This document shows, one piece after another, positions 40,744-50,584 of a stretch of DNA of 64,000 nucleotides; the stretch's first letter is position 1, and every line of letters starts with the position of its first letter. The translations under genes and the position numbers were made by a program. The stretch is taken from NCBI GenBank assembly GCA_036338695.1, contig JAYZBQ010000009.1, positions 52,529 to 116,528 on the forward strand. Reading direction: 5' to 3'. The notes under the pieces were generated by a model. That model had not been told where the DNA came from. It made no database searches and worked only from the letters and a program-made list of their open reading frames with translations. This DNA is from Myxococcota bacterium. Its GTDB lineage: Bacteria > Myxococcota > UBA4151.

Positions 40744-41965
40744 GCGCTTCACCGCGCTCCAAAACCGCCCGCAGCTCTGTCTCGGTGAGGATCCGATCAC
40801 TCGCCTTGGCGGCGTCGAACAGCGCACGCTCGGACCGCTCGCTTGGGGCGAACCCGCGCGCCTTCATCCAGTATCGGACGTTGCTCATCCCCGACATCGG
40901 GCCGATCTCGATCACCTGCTCCATCCCAAACTGTCCTGCAGGCACACCCGAATACACTAAGTCCGCCAGGTCGGAGTCACCCCGATCCAAGGCCTTAATG
41001 ATGGCTGCGGCATGGACGCCGGTCGCCGTCCGAAATGCATCCTCGCCAAAGACAGGATAGTTGTAAGGAAGCGGCACCTTACACGCCTCTGCGGCCAGCC
41101 GGACAAAGTCACCCAGACAGCTCAGATCGTGCGGCCATAACCCAAGGAGCTTGAGGTTGACCAAGAGCTGATCGATGCTCGTGTTCCCGACGCGCTCACC
41201 GACGCCGAGCGCCGTTCCGTGAATACGGGTGGCGCCCGCCTCCGCCGCAGCCAGGGTGTTCGCCAGCGCCAAACCGCGGTCGTTGTGACCGTGCCAGTCG
41301 AGCCCGACGTCGACCCCCGAACACTCGATAAAGTCCGCTGCAAACCCGACCAACTGCCGAACCCCATGAGGGGTCGAATGACCGCAGGTATCACACAACA
41401 CAAGGCGCGCAGCGCCTGCGGCGATAGCTCGATCGAATATTACGCGCAACTGATCCGGTCGGCTCCGGGTTGTGTCTTCGGTGACGTACGCCACCGTCAG
41501 CCCCTCGCCGACACCAAAGCGGATCGCCTTCTCGCTGATGTCAGCGATGCTCTCGACGGTCCAATTCTCGGTATACTGACGCACCGGGGACGAACCGATA
41601 AAGGCGTAGACCTCGACCGGATGCCCGGTCTGCTGCTGCACCTCGGCGACCGGGGCGATGTCCGCCTCCAGCGTTCGCGCTGCGCAGTAAGGGATGATGC
41701 TCAGCTGCTCGTCACGGATCATCTTGACCAGCTCAAGGACATGCTCTCGAGCTCGAGCCCCGGCCCCCGGGAGACCGACGTCCACCACGCCGATCCCCAT
41801 CTGATCCATGAGACGCACCAGCGCCATCTTCTGGTCGAGCTCAGGGTCGTTCACCGTCGGGCTCTGGACCCCGTCACGCAAGGTCTCGTCGACCAAGATG
41901 ATCGGCGTTTGACCCAGCAATGAGCTGCGCCGACGCGTGTTCCAATCGTAGATCAGCTCGCTCAT
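40736..41965 (-). CDS. LeuA-family (DRE-TIM) acyl-CoA condensing synthase without regulatory domain
   Basis: DETLRDG, HGHNDRG, GERVGN. About 409 aa. ATGA overlap with the thiolase stop. Confidence 0.88.
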   Translation of the reverse strand: MSELIYDWNTRRRSSLLGQTPIILVDETLRDGVQSPTVNDPELDQKMALVRLMDQMGIGVVDVGLPGAGARAREHVLELVKMIRDEQLSIIPYCAARTLEADIAPVAEVQQQTGHPVEVYAFIGSSPVRQYTENWTVESIADISEKAIRFGVGEGLTVAYVTEDTTRSRPDQLRVIFDRAIAAGAARLVLCDTCGHSTPHGVRQLVGFAADFIECSGVDVGLDWHGHNDRGLALANTLAAAEAGATRIHGTALGVGERVGNTSIDQLLVNLKLLGLWPHDLSCLGDFVRLAAEACKVPLPYNYPVFGEDAFRTATGVHAAAIIKALDRGDSDLADLVYSGVPAGQFGMEQVIEIGPMSGMSNVRYWMKARGFAPSERSERALFDAAKASDRILTETELRAVLERGEAHV

Positions 41966-43155
41966 GCGCCCACCTTGACGATCACCGCGATCCCCTGACC
42001 GCCGCCGATGCAAGCGCTGCCCAAGCCCAAGCCACCGCCTTGTGCCCGCAGCGCATGGATCAGGTGAGCGGTGATCCGCGCGCCGCTCGCAGCCAAGGGG
42101 TGACCGAGCGCAATCGCTCCGCCGCAGGCGTTCACCCGCTCTGGGTCCAGCTCAAGCGCTTTGGCGCAGCCGAGCACCTGAGGCGCAAAGGCTTCGTTGA
42201 TCTCGATCAGGTCCATGTCGTCGAGCGTCAACCCGGCTCGCTTGAGCGCCAGCTTCGAACTCTCCACGGGGCCGAGCCCCATCACCGTCGGGTCGCAGCC
42301 GGTGACCCCCCAGCTCACGAGCGAGGCGATCGGGTCCAACCCTTTCGCCTCGGCATAGGAGGCGCTACTCAAAACGAGCGCGCCCGCTCCATCACAGATC
42401 CCAGAGGCTGCCCCTGCGTGAATCACGCCGTCTTTCTTGAACACCTTCGGGAGCTTTGCGAGCCCCTCGAGCGTGGTCTGCGGTCGGGGGTGCTCGTCGA
42501 CATCGATCACCTTCTCCCCTTTGCGGCTTTTGACGGTCACGGGCGCCAGCTCAGCTGCAAAGGCTCCTGCTTCATGCGCTGCAGCCCAGCGCTGCTGACT
42601 CGCAAGCGAGAAGGCGTCGACCTCTTCTTGGGTCACGCCGTAGCGCTCAGCGATGTTCTCGGCGGTCACCGCCATCGGCGTGTTGCAGTAGGTGTCGGTG
42701 AGGCTCTCCCAGAGCATATCCTCCATCTTCGGGCTCCGCCCGAGCGGCGTCCCCCAGCGCGTCCCGCGCTGCACATAGGGCGCCTGGCTCATGCTCTCGG
42801 AGCCGCCGGTCAGCACCAGCTGCGCTTGCCCGGTCAGGATCTGCTCGGCGCCCGTCACCACCCCTTGAAAGCCCGACCCACACAGGCGGTTCAGGGTGAT
42901 CGCTGGCGTGCTTTGCGGGAGCCCGGCTCGAAGCCCGACGTGACGCGCCAGATACAGCGCGTCAGCGCTGGTTTGAAGCACGTTCCCGAAGGCGACATGG
43001 CCGTAATCATCAACCGGCGCACCCGCGTCGCTGATCGCTGCTTTCGCTGCGATGACGCCTAGGTCCGTTGCGCTCAGGCCCTTCATCGAGCCGCCAAAGG
43101 CGCCGAAAGGAGTCCGCTTCGCCGAGAGAAAAACTACCGAGTCATTTTGGCTCAT
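41962..43155 (-). CDS. Acetyl-CoA C-acyltransferase (thiolase)
   Basis: RTPFG, NRLCGSG, EINEAF, GHPLAASG, ACIGGGQG. Confidence 0.96.
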   Translation of the reverse strand: MSQNDSVVFLSAKRTPFGAFGGSMKGLSATDLGVIAAKAAISDAGAPVDDYGHVAFGNVLQTSADALYLARHVGLRAGLPQSTPAITLNRLCGSGFQGVVTGAEQILTGQAQLVLTGGSESMSQAPYVQRGTRWGTPLGRSPKMEDMLWESLTDTYCNTPMAVTAENIAERYGVTQEEVDAFSLASQQRWAAAHEAGAFAAELAPVTVKSRKGEKVIDVDEHPRPQTTLEGLAKLPKVFKKDGVIHAGAASGICDGAGALVLSSASYAEAKGLDPIASLVSWGVTGCDPTVMGLGPVESSKLALKRAGLTLDDMDLIEINEAFAPQVLGCAKALELDPERVNACGGAIALGHPLAASGARITAHLIHALRAQGGGLGLGSACIGGGQGIAVIVKVGA

Positions 43156-43244
43156 TCAACCATCCCTAAATTTCTAAACAACAGAGGCTCGACAAGTGAG
43201 GTAACCGCCCATAGCCGTCATTATGCCCGGCCGTCGATAGCTGC

Positions 43245-44684
43245 CTAGGGTGTGGTCAGATCAGCCTCGGATCGCGGCGCAACGCTGTGGTGCCCGAAGG
43301 CCTCCTCGGCGATGCCGACGATCGCCGAGAATCGAGTCCCTGCGGCGCGTTCAAAAGCGACGCCATCGCTCATCGATGGCCACAACCGGTCGGTGATGCG
43401 CAAGCCACCATCGACCGCTATGGTCCCGTAATCACGGCAGTTGTCGTCCCCGTCTGCGCAGGGTTCGCCTTCGTCGCTGTCCGGGTTTGCCTGGGTAATC
43501 GCGACCTCCTCGACGCGCACCAAGACCCCCTCCCAGGGCTCAGCGGTGGCGTGATTCGGGCCATCACTTTCGCCGGCCAGCTCCGCGGCGAGAACGGTCG
43601 ACGGCTCCGGCACGTCACCCTGGCCGGTGACCTCGACCTGAGCACGTACGACCTGCGACTGCCCGCGAAACTCTGAGTACGTCCCGGCTAGATTGACGAT
43701 CGAGCCCGGGGTGACCTCTGGCAGGCTGCTGCTGCCGAAGAAGACATAGATCCCCGAGTGGGGTCCGCGCCCTTGCTGAACCCACATCCCGCGGTAACGC
43801 TCCTCGGAGGCGTGGGTCATGCCGGTCACGACCGCGCCCTCGATCTCCACGGGGCTGTCCTCATCGACCTCGCCGCGCTGGATCGCTTGGATCGTGGTCG
43901 TGAAATCGGGCGCGCCGCCGACCACGACGAGGTCATCGCTGCGGCGGGGCAGCAGCTTGCGCTTCTCAAAGCTGTAGTGTGCGACCCCAGTCACGGAGGC
44001 GAACTCAGTCCCTGCTTGGCGCAAAAAGTAGCGCCCGCTGCGGAACGCGGGGAAGAGCTCGTCGTCGATGTACAGCCCATCGTTGACCTCGACTTGACCG
44101 TAATCGGTGCACCCGTCCTCGCCGCGTGCGCAAGGCAGCCCGTCCTGCGCATCCGGGTTGGCGCTCACGATCGTCACATCATTCACGCGGACCAACATCC
44201 CTTCGTACGACGGCGACGTCGCCACATCCTGCGCCGACACGGCGAAGGGCTCGGGCAAGACGCCGTCGCGCAGCGCCGTGATGGTCGGATACTGCAACTG
44301 CTTGAGCTCATTGTAGATCGTAAAAGTCGCGGTCAGGTCGATCTCTTTGCCCTCAGCTAAACCGTCGGTCTCGCTCGCCTCAGCGCCAAAGATGAACATG
44401 CCGGAGTCGGGTCCCGTGCCCTGCTGAACCCAGAGCCCTCGCCCGCTCACGATTCCGATCACGACGGCACCCTCAATCTGGACCTGGGTGTCGACCGGGA
44501 CGGTTCCGCTGCGCAGCTCGTTGATCGTTGTGGTCGTCTCAACCGCTCCTGCGTCCGGGCGCGCCGCACCGCCGGCATCCACCACCGCCGCTGCGCCCGC
44601 ATCGGCCCCGACGTCACCACCTGGGTTTTGCATCGGACAGCCGACAACCACCACACTCAAGACACACCAAACACCCAACCGCAT
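43245..44684 (-). CDS. Lipoprotein made of two tandem OB-fold-like units
   Basis: VVVGC lipobox. Duplicated 'WVQQG.GP.SG..[IV]F...EG.LVRV..V.I..ANPD...DYG...PR...DL'. Confidence 0.72.
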   Translation of the reverse strand: MRLGVWCVLSVVVVGCPMQNPGGDVGADAGAAAVVDAGGAARPDAGAVETTTTINELRSGTVPVDTQVQIEGAVVIGIVSGRGLWVQQGTGPDSGMFIFGAEASETDGLAEGKEIDLTATFTIYNELKQLQYPTITALRDGVLPEPFAVSAQDVATSPSYEGMLVRVNDVTIVSANPDAQDGLPCARGEDGCTDYGQVEVNDGLYIDDELFPAFRSGRYFLRQAGTEFASVTGVAHYSFEKRKLLPRRSDDLVVVGGAPDFTTTIQAIQRGEVDEDSPVEIEGAVVTGMTHASEERYRGMWVQQGRGPHSGIYVFFGSSSLPEVTPGSIVNLAGTYSEFRGQSQVVRAQVEVTGQGDVPEPSTVLAAELAGESDGPNHATAEPWEGVLVRVEEVAITQANPDSDEGEPCADGDDNCRDYGTIAVDGGLRITDRLWPSMSDGVAFERAAGTRFSAIVGIAEEAFGHHSVAPRSEADLTTP

Positions 44685-44776
44685 ACGACCTCCAAGACCA
44701 AAGAATGCCGGCTTAGAAGCCTGATTCAAGGCGCTGGCGCAAGTCGTTTAGAGGCTCATACGAAGATCAACGGACG

Positions 44777-45418
44777 CTACAGTCGCCATCCACCGCTGAG
44801 GGTGATCGTGGTTCCAGTGACCTGCGCAGCCTCATCGCTGAGGAGGTAGCGAACGCAGCCTACGAGCTCTCCTTCGGTCGCGGTCCTGCGAGCCGGGATT
44901 CGAAATCGGCTGACCGCTTCAGCCGAGGCATCGTGCAACAAACCCGGCGCGATCACGTTGCAGGTGACCCCGAAAGGCGCCTCGACCCTGGCGATCGATG
45001 ACACGAGACTCATCAGACCCGATTTGGCGGCTGCATAGGCGGACAGGTTCGGCTCCGCTCGGTGGGTGCTGACACCAGCGAGCCCAAAGAAGATCAAGCG
45101 ACCACGGTGGCGTCTGAGCGCTTCTCGGCAGAAGTGGTAGGCGTAAAATGCTGAGTCGAGGTTGCTGCTCATCATCGATCGCCACGTGCCCGGATCGCAC
45201 GCATCGATCGGCTGGTACGAGAACGCGCCGACCGTATGCAGGACGGCGTCCACCTCTTGGGTCTCAAGCAGACGACTCCACGACTCAGGGTCCGTGACGT
45301 CCAGTCGGAAAGGGCCGATATCTCGGCGTGTGCCGAGCACCTCAAAGTCGTCGCCGAGCCCCTCGATGAGTGCACGCCCAGCGCTGCCGCCGGCGCCCGT
45401 CACGAGCAGACGTTTCAC
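44777..45418 (-). CDS. Short-chain dehydrogenase/reductase
   Basis: TGAGGSAG, YAAAK, NVIAPG, 'VTGTTITLSGG'. Confidence 0.9.
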   Translation of the reverse strand: MKRLLVTGAGGSAGRALIEGLGDDFEVLGTRRDIGPFRLDVTDPESWSRLLETQEVDAVLHTVGAFSYQPIDACDPGTWRSMMSSNLDSAFYAYHFCREALRRHRGRLIFFGLAGVSTHRAEPNLSAYAAAKSGLMSLVSSIARVEAPFGVTCNVIAPGLLHDASAEAVSRFRIPARRTATEGELVGCVRYLLSDEAAQVTGTTITLSGGWRL

Positions 45419-46128
45419 TCTCCGACCACGTCATCGACGACATCAGCCACCACCAAGCTGATGTAATCCCCAAGACCCGCTCCCGTCAGGCCATAGTCAC
45501 CGAGATCACCGCCGCACATCTGCTGCGGGTCGCCGTTGCCATCCCAATCGATCGGCGTCGTGCACTGAATGCAGTTGAGGACGTGCTCGGCGTGCGCCCG
45601 CACCCCCGCTGCGGCGGAGTCACCCGCCGAAAAATTGGCATGAGACTCGATCGTGGTCAGCAGCTTAGAAAGGCGCACCGTATGGTCCTCACCGCGCACA
45701 CACACCTTCGCCAAGGTCGTCGAGTCACGCCGCTGCGGGCGCTCACCGGTGGCGTCGGTCGGGCACGCGACATTGCCCGCTAAGACGTTGTTATCGAGTA
45801 ACCCCTCGAGGTGATCTCGTACCTGCGCCGCCTTGAGCGTCATCTGCCCCGCTTTGGCTTTCAGCGCCGTGACGTCGGCTTCCGCGTCCACAGCGATCTC
45901 GCTCGCCTGTTGCCGGAGCAAATAGACGCGACAGCGTGCGTCACGCTCCCAGCGTTCAAGCGCCGCCCGCGCTGGCTCACCCGAGGCGTCCCAGAGCCCC
46001 TGATAATCGGCGTCGGTCCACAAGGCGGGTTCCTCGGCGCAGACTGGCGTGCGGTTCACAGCGCTCAAATCGCCGGTACAACCGGCGCTGACGATGATCA
46101 CCACGGCGACAAGACAAGGCCTCACCAT
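45415..46128 (-). CDS. Hypothetical lipoprotein
   Basis: VSAGC lipobox. Overlaps with both neighbours. Confidence 0.6.
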   Translation of the reverse strand: MVRPCLVAVVIIVSAGCTGDLSAVNRTPVCAEEPALWTDADYQGLWDASGEPARAALERWERDARCRVYLLRQQASEIAVDAEADVTALKAKAGQMTLKAAQVRDHLEGLLDNNVLAGNVACPTDATGERPQRRDSTTLAKVCVRGEDHTVRLSKLLTTIESHANFSAGDSAAAGVRAHAEHVLNCIQCTTPIDWDGNGDPQQMCGGDLGDYGLTGAGLGDYISLVVADVVDDVVGE

Positions 46129-46877
46129 CCCATGCTCCAGCTCCAGTACGCAAGGGCGAAGGCGACGGCAGAGCCTGCGGCCATCCCCTGCGCTGTCTTC
46201 GCCGAGGCCAGCGCGCGGTCGGCGTGGTAGGGGCCGATGATCGGGTCGGTCGGGGCATCCAGCGCGCGCGCCGCTCGATCACTCGCTTCGAGCTGAAACC
46301 ACGACGCACCGATCAACCCGCCTAGCCCAGCGAGCCCGATACTCAAGCCGATCAGCGGCACATTCTCGGCGCGCAGCACGGCGCGCTCCTCGTCGCTGGG
46401 AGGAGAGCCGCCGAGCTTTTGGCGCACCTTCGCCGCCGAGATCCGGGCGAGCGCCGTGAGCACCTCCGGTTTCGCCTCCACCGTCTCACGCAGCAAAACC
46501 TTGAGGTTGTCGTTGTCCGAGTCGATCAGCTTGAGGTTCAAGATGATCTGCTTCTTAAACTCAGCGATCGATCCGGTCAGGATGTAGCGCGCCTGCCAAG
46601 CCTTGGCCAAGTCGAGCAGGCAGTCACCTTGAACGCAGCCCAAAGCGCTCTGGCTCGCCTTGACCTCGACGGTCTTGCGCAGATCCGCGGCCGACAACAC
46701 CTCGACGGGCGCTCCGGACAAGGCGGTGACGATGGCATCACCGAGCGCCTCGATCTGCGCATCGGCGAGCTCGGCGCCGTTGACCAGATCAAGCACGATG
46801 ATCTTGGGTCGTTGCGCGCCCTGCGGATCCAGCTGAACCGGCGCCATCAGCAACACCGCAAGCAGTCCAAAACTCAT
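46122..46877 (-). CDS. Secreted/membrane protein with CsgG/TolB-N-like alpha/beta domain
   Basis: Signal peptide, 'IIVLDL...LGC...CL.......YILTGSI...LNLKLID', C-terminal hydrophobic segments. Confidence 0.6.
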   Translation of the reverse strand: MSFGLLAVLLMAPVQLDPQGAQRPKIIVLDLVNGAELADAQIEALGDAIVTALSGAPVEVLSAADLRKTVEVKASQSALGCVQGDCLLDLAKAWQARYILTGSIAEFKKQIILNLKLIDSDNDNLKVLLRETVEAKPEVLTALARISAAKVRQKLGGSPPSDEERAVLRAENVPLIGLSIGLAGLGGLIGASWFQLEASDRAARALDAPTDPIIGPYHADRALASAKTAQGMAAGSAVAFALAYWSWSMGW

Positions 46878-46971
46878 CTTCTACGCCACACCATTTCCTG
46901 GCAAACCGCTGCCAGCGCCCCATTTCATAAGCGTTTCCTACGCGATCGCCTAGGGGGGAAAGGAGCCCAAA

Positions 46972-47634
46972 ATGGCGCCAAACTATGTCGTTGACTCGAC
47001 GCCGGTCAGCCCATTTCAGATGAACGCCTATGTCTGCGGCGATCCGGACACCAAGGACGGTGTCCTCATCGACGCAGGCGCCGACCCCGACAAGTTGATG
47101 GCGATGATCGAGCGCAGCGGGCTGACGATCCACGCGATCTTGCAAACGCACGCCCACCTAGACCACGCCGGCGCCATCAAACCGCTCAAAGACGGCCTCC
47201 TGGATCGTCCCGTCTACGTCCACCGAGAAGAGATGCCCATCTACAACACGGTGGCGATGTCGGCGCAGATGTATGGTTTCGGTGACGTCCCACAGCCGCC
47301 GCCGCCGGATCATTTCGTCGACGACGGTCAGGTCCTGACCTTTGGCAGCCTCTCGGCGCGCGTCCTGTTTCTACCGGGTCACACGCCCGGGGGCGTCGCC
47401 TACATTATCGGCGAGCACATCTTCGTCGGCGACACGCTGTTCATGGGGTCGGTGGGGCGGACGGATCTGCCGTTGGGCGACACACCAACGCTGATCGCTA
47501 GCCTCAAGAAGCTCATGCAAGAAGACGACGCGTTGATCGTCCACTCAGGTCACGGGCCCGACACCACCATTGGCGCGGAGCGACGGAGCAACCCCTTTGT
47601 ACGGGCAGCCCTCAGCGGTCGCACCTGGATGTAG
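46972..47634 (+). CDS. MBL-fold metallo-hydrolase (glyoxalase II-like)
   Basis: THAHLDH, PGHTPG, GDTLF, GRTDL, GHG. Confidence 0.92.
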   Translation: MAPNYVVDSTPVSPFQMNAYVCGDPDTKDGVLIDAGADPDKLMAMIERSGLTIHAILQTHAHLDHAGAIKPLKDGLLDRPVYVHREEMPIYNTVAMSAQMYGFGDVPQPPPPDHFVDDGQVLTFGSLSARVLFLPGHTPGGVAYIIGEHIFVGDTLFMGSVGRTDLPLGDTPTLIASLKKLMQEDDALIVHSGHGPDTTIGAERRSNPFVRAALSGRTWM

Positions 47635-47635
47635 C

Positions 47636-49546
47636 CTAGAACCGATTGACCAGCGTCGCGCTCAGCCGGTTCACGGTGTCACCGAGGCCGAGCTGCTGTC
47701 CGCCATTGGCACCCCAGCAGTAAAGCTGAGCGTTGGCGGTGCGTGCGCAGGCGTGGCGCGAGCCCGCTGCGACCTCGATGACGTCCTCGACGCCACCGAC
47801 CGGAACCGGCGCACGCAACGACGCGCTGACGACCCCTTGACCACACTGACCGAGCGAGTTGGCGCCCCAACACCGAACCTGACCGTCGCTCGTCGCAACG
47901 ACCGTAAAATGCTCACCGGCCGACAGGTGCGTGACCTCACCCGCCGAGGGCACCGCCACCGGCCGCGCCGCGTTTTGAGCCGAGCCATTCCCAAGCTGAC
48001 CGAAGAAGCCATAACCCCAGCACGCGATCTGGCCTTGCGTGTTCGCAACGCAGGTGTGCTCGCGACCCGACGCAGCTTGCGCCACGCCTGCTAACCCGAC
48101 GACCAGCCCCGCTGAGGAGCGGAGCCCCTGCTGAGGCACCCCATCACCGAGCTGACCGGCGGTGGCGCGCCCCCAGCAGGCGACTTGACCCGTGCCTCCA
48201 ACGCCGCAGGTGTGATGTCCTCCGGGCGCGAGGTTGATCGAGGCTGCCAGATTGTTCACCGCGCCCGGCGCAATCTGATCGACGAGGTTTTGGTTCCCGA
48301 GTTGTCCAAACTGGTTGCGCCCCCAACAACGCGCCGTACCGTCTTGCTGCAGCGCACAGGTGTGCCAGAAGCCGGCTGCGACCAAGGCAGCATCTTGGAG
48401 ATTCTGTACCCGCTGAGGGCTGCGTGAGGCTTCTCGTGATCCGTCGCCAAGCTGACCGTAGCCGTTCGCCCCCCAACACCAGACGCGCCCTTGCTCGGTC
48501 ACCGCGCAGCTGTGCTTGAGACCCGCTGAGATGTGGCGAACGTCCGTGAGCCCGGTGACCTGCCTAGGCGTCGATACGACCTCCCCTTCACCGCTCGATT
48601 GCCCTTGGTCGTTGAGCCCCCAGCACCAGACGCTCCCGTCAAACTTGCGGGCGCAGCTGTGCGCTTGCCCTAAGCTGAGCTTGACGACCTCGGCGCGGCA
48701 CTGCGAGCAGCCGTCGCCGACGTCGAGGTTGCCGTCATCACACTCCTCGCCGCGGCTGACCTCACCATCACCACAGGCCGGCATCTGACACGCCTCGGTG
48801 CACCCGTCGCCAGGCGGGTCGCAGGCTTCGTAGCCCTCATCGCCCGGGTTGAGGTCGGCGCGCAGGTGACCATCACCGCAGCGCGCAAGCTCACAAGCGT
48901 TCGTGCACGCATCCACGTCCGATAGGTTGCCGTCATCGCATGGCTCCTGCCCCTCATAGACGATCCCATCGCCGCAGCGAGCGAGGGTGCACGCGTTGGT
49001 GCACGCGTCCGTGTCCGTCTCGTTACCATCGTCGCAGGCTTCCTCTTCGTCCACGACCCCGTTGCCGCAGCCTTCGCGAGCGCACGTGCTCGAGCAGCCG
49101 TCTTCATCGGCGGTGTTGCCGTCGTCACAGTCTTCTCCAAGGTCCACGACGCCGTTGCCGCAGCGCTCGATTGCGCACTGCTCGTTGCAGCCGTCGCCCG
49201 GCACGAGGTTCCCATCATCGCAGCCCTCAAAACCGCTCTGGTGCGCCTGCAGGTCGACGCGTACGATCCCGTCGCCACAGCGCGCCGCGACGCAACGCTG
49301 GGTGCAGGCGTCGTCGTTGGCGTCGTTCCCGTCGTCACAGTCCTCGCCGTCGTCAATGCGTGCGTTGCCACAGCCTTGAAGGATGCACGAGTTGTCACAG
49401 GCATCGGTCGGATCCGAGTTACCGTCATCACATTCCTCGTTAGCGTCGACCGTCCCATCACCGCAAAAGGAAGCCGGTACGACCGGGTCACTGCCGCAGC
49501 CCGTTACCATCACAGCCAACGCAACCCACACCACACGACGCTTCAT
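47636..49546 (-). CDS. Lipoprotein with 8 Myxococcus-type Cys-rich repeats and a 7-repeat RCC1-like propeller
   Basis: VTGC lipobox. CG[DN]G...E.CDDGN repeats, then seven G..H[ST]C...CWG.N..GQ units. Confidence 0.88.
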   Translation of the reverse strand: MKRRVVWVALAVMVTGCGSDPVVPASFCGDGTVDANEECDDGNSDPTDACDNSCILQGCGNARIDDGEDCDDGNDANDDACTQRCVAARCGDGIVRVDLQAHQSGFEGCDDGNLVPGDGCNEQCAIERCGNGVVDLGEDCDDGNTADEDGCSSTCAREGCGNGVVDEEEACDDGNETDTDACTNACTLARCGDGIVYEGQEPCDDGNLSDVDACTNACELARCGDGHLRADLNPGDEGYEACDPPGDGCTEACQMPACGDGEVSRGEECDDGNLDVGDGCSQCRAEVVKLSLGQAHSCARKFDGSVWCWGLNDQGQSSGEGEVVSTPRQVTGLTDVRHISAGLKHSCAVTEQGRVWCWGANGYGQLGDGSREASRSPQRVQNLQDAALVAAGFWHTCALQQDGTARCWGRNQFGQLGNQNLVDQIAPGAVNNLAASINLAPGGHHTCGVGGTGQVACWGRATAGQLGDGVPQQGLRSSAGLVVGLAGVAQAASGREHTCVANTQGQIACWGYGFFGQLGNGSAQNAARPVAVPSAGEVTHLSAGEHFTVVATSDGQVRCWGANSLGQCGQGVVSASLRAPVPVGGVEDVIEVAAGSRHACARTANAQLYCWGANGGQQLGLGDTVNRLSATLVNRF

Positions 49547-49666
49547 GATCTTCCCCCGGAAACAGCGCGTTCACCGCGCCCCTTTGCGCGTGACCCTCGT
49601 CTTTACTTTGCGCCCGAAGCAGGATTTGCGGCAAGGGACTCACGGTCAAGATAAGGGACAACCATC

Positions 49667-50524
49667 ATGAGTATCGACCAAATTACCGTACTCGGTGCGG
49701 GGACGATGGGCCACGGTATCGCCATCAACGCCGCCACCGCAGGCTATCACGTCACCCTCCACGATGTCTCACTTGAGGCGGTCGAAGCCGGCATGAGCCG
49801 GATCAAAGCCTTCTTAGACAAAGGTGTTACGCGCGGTAAAACAACAGAAAAACAAAGAGATGATGCCATCGCTCGCGTCACTGGCGCCGCCGACTTTGCG
49901 GAGGCGGTCAGTCAGGCGGATTTGGTGATCGAGGCCGCGCCAGAACAACTCGAGCTCAAGAAGAAAATATTTTCGGACCTTGGCCAAGCGTGCCCAGCCC
50001 ACACGCTGCTCGCGTCGAACACCAGCTCATGCTCCGTCACCGAGATGGCGCTGGCGAGCGGTCGCCCGGCTCAGGTCATCGGCGCGCACTTCTTTAACCC
50101 TGTGCCCATCATGAAGCTGCTCGAGGTCATCGTCACCGACTTCACGGCGCCTGAGACCAAGCAGGCGCTGCTCACCTTCGCAGAGCGCCTTGGCAAAACC
50201 ACGGCGGTAATCAAAGACTCTCCTGGGTTTGCCACCTCACGACTTGGCATTGCGATCGCCCTCGAGGCGATCCGAATGGTCGAACAAGAGGTCGCCGAGC
50301 CGCACGATATCGACACCTGCATGGAGCTGGGTTACCGCTTCCCGATGGGCCCGTTGCGGCTGACCGACCTGGTCGGGCTCGACGTCCGACTTGGGATCGC
50401 TGACACCATCTACGCGGCGACTCAGTCGCCGGTATTTCAAGCCCCCGACCTACTGCGCCAGATGGTGAACGATGGAAAACTCGGACGAAAGTCGGGGCAA
50501 GGTTTTTATCGATATGACGTATAG
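49667..50524 (+). CDS. 3-hydroxyacyl/3-hydroxybutyryl-CoA dehydrogenase
   Basis: GAGTMG, EAAPE, SNTSS, HFFNP, PMGP...D.VGLD, GRKSGQGFY. Confidence 0.95.
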   Translation: MSIDQITVLGAGTMGHGIAINAATAGYHVTLHDVSLEAVEAGMSRIKAFLDKGVTRGKTTEKQRDDAIARVTGAADFAEAVSQADLVIEAAPEQLELKKKIFSDLGQACPAHTLLASNTSSCSVTEMALASGRPAQVIGAHFFNPVPIMKLLEVIVTDFTAPETKQALLTFAERLGKTTAVIKDSPGFATSRLGIAIALEAIRMVEQEVAEPHDIDTCMELGYRFPMGPLRLTDLVGLDVRLGIADTIYAATQSPVFQAPDLLRQMVNDGKLGRKSGQGFYRYDV

Positions 50525-50584
50525 CGACGTTGCGCCGCGGGCGCGAGCGTGCGAGCACCGCCCGCACCCAGAGGAGATCCTGTC

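Noticed and set aside
43141..43160. TGAATGA half-site overlapping the thiolase start codon
   Set aside because: Only one half of the FadR box, and partly explained by the ATG itself.
48690..49470. Regularly spaced CCGTCGTCGCA-like DNA repeats resembling an array
   Set aside because: These encode the CDDGN protein repeats in frame and are degenerate at third positions. Not CRISPR, and no cas genes are present.
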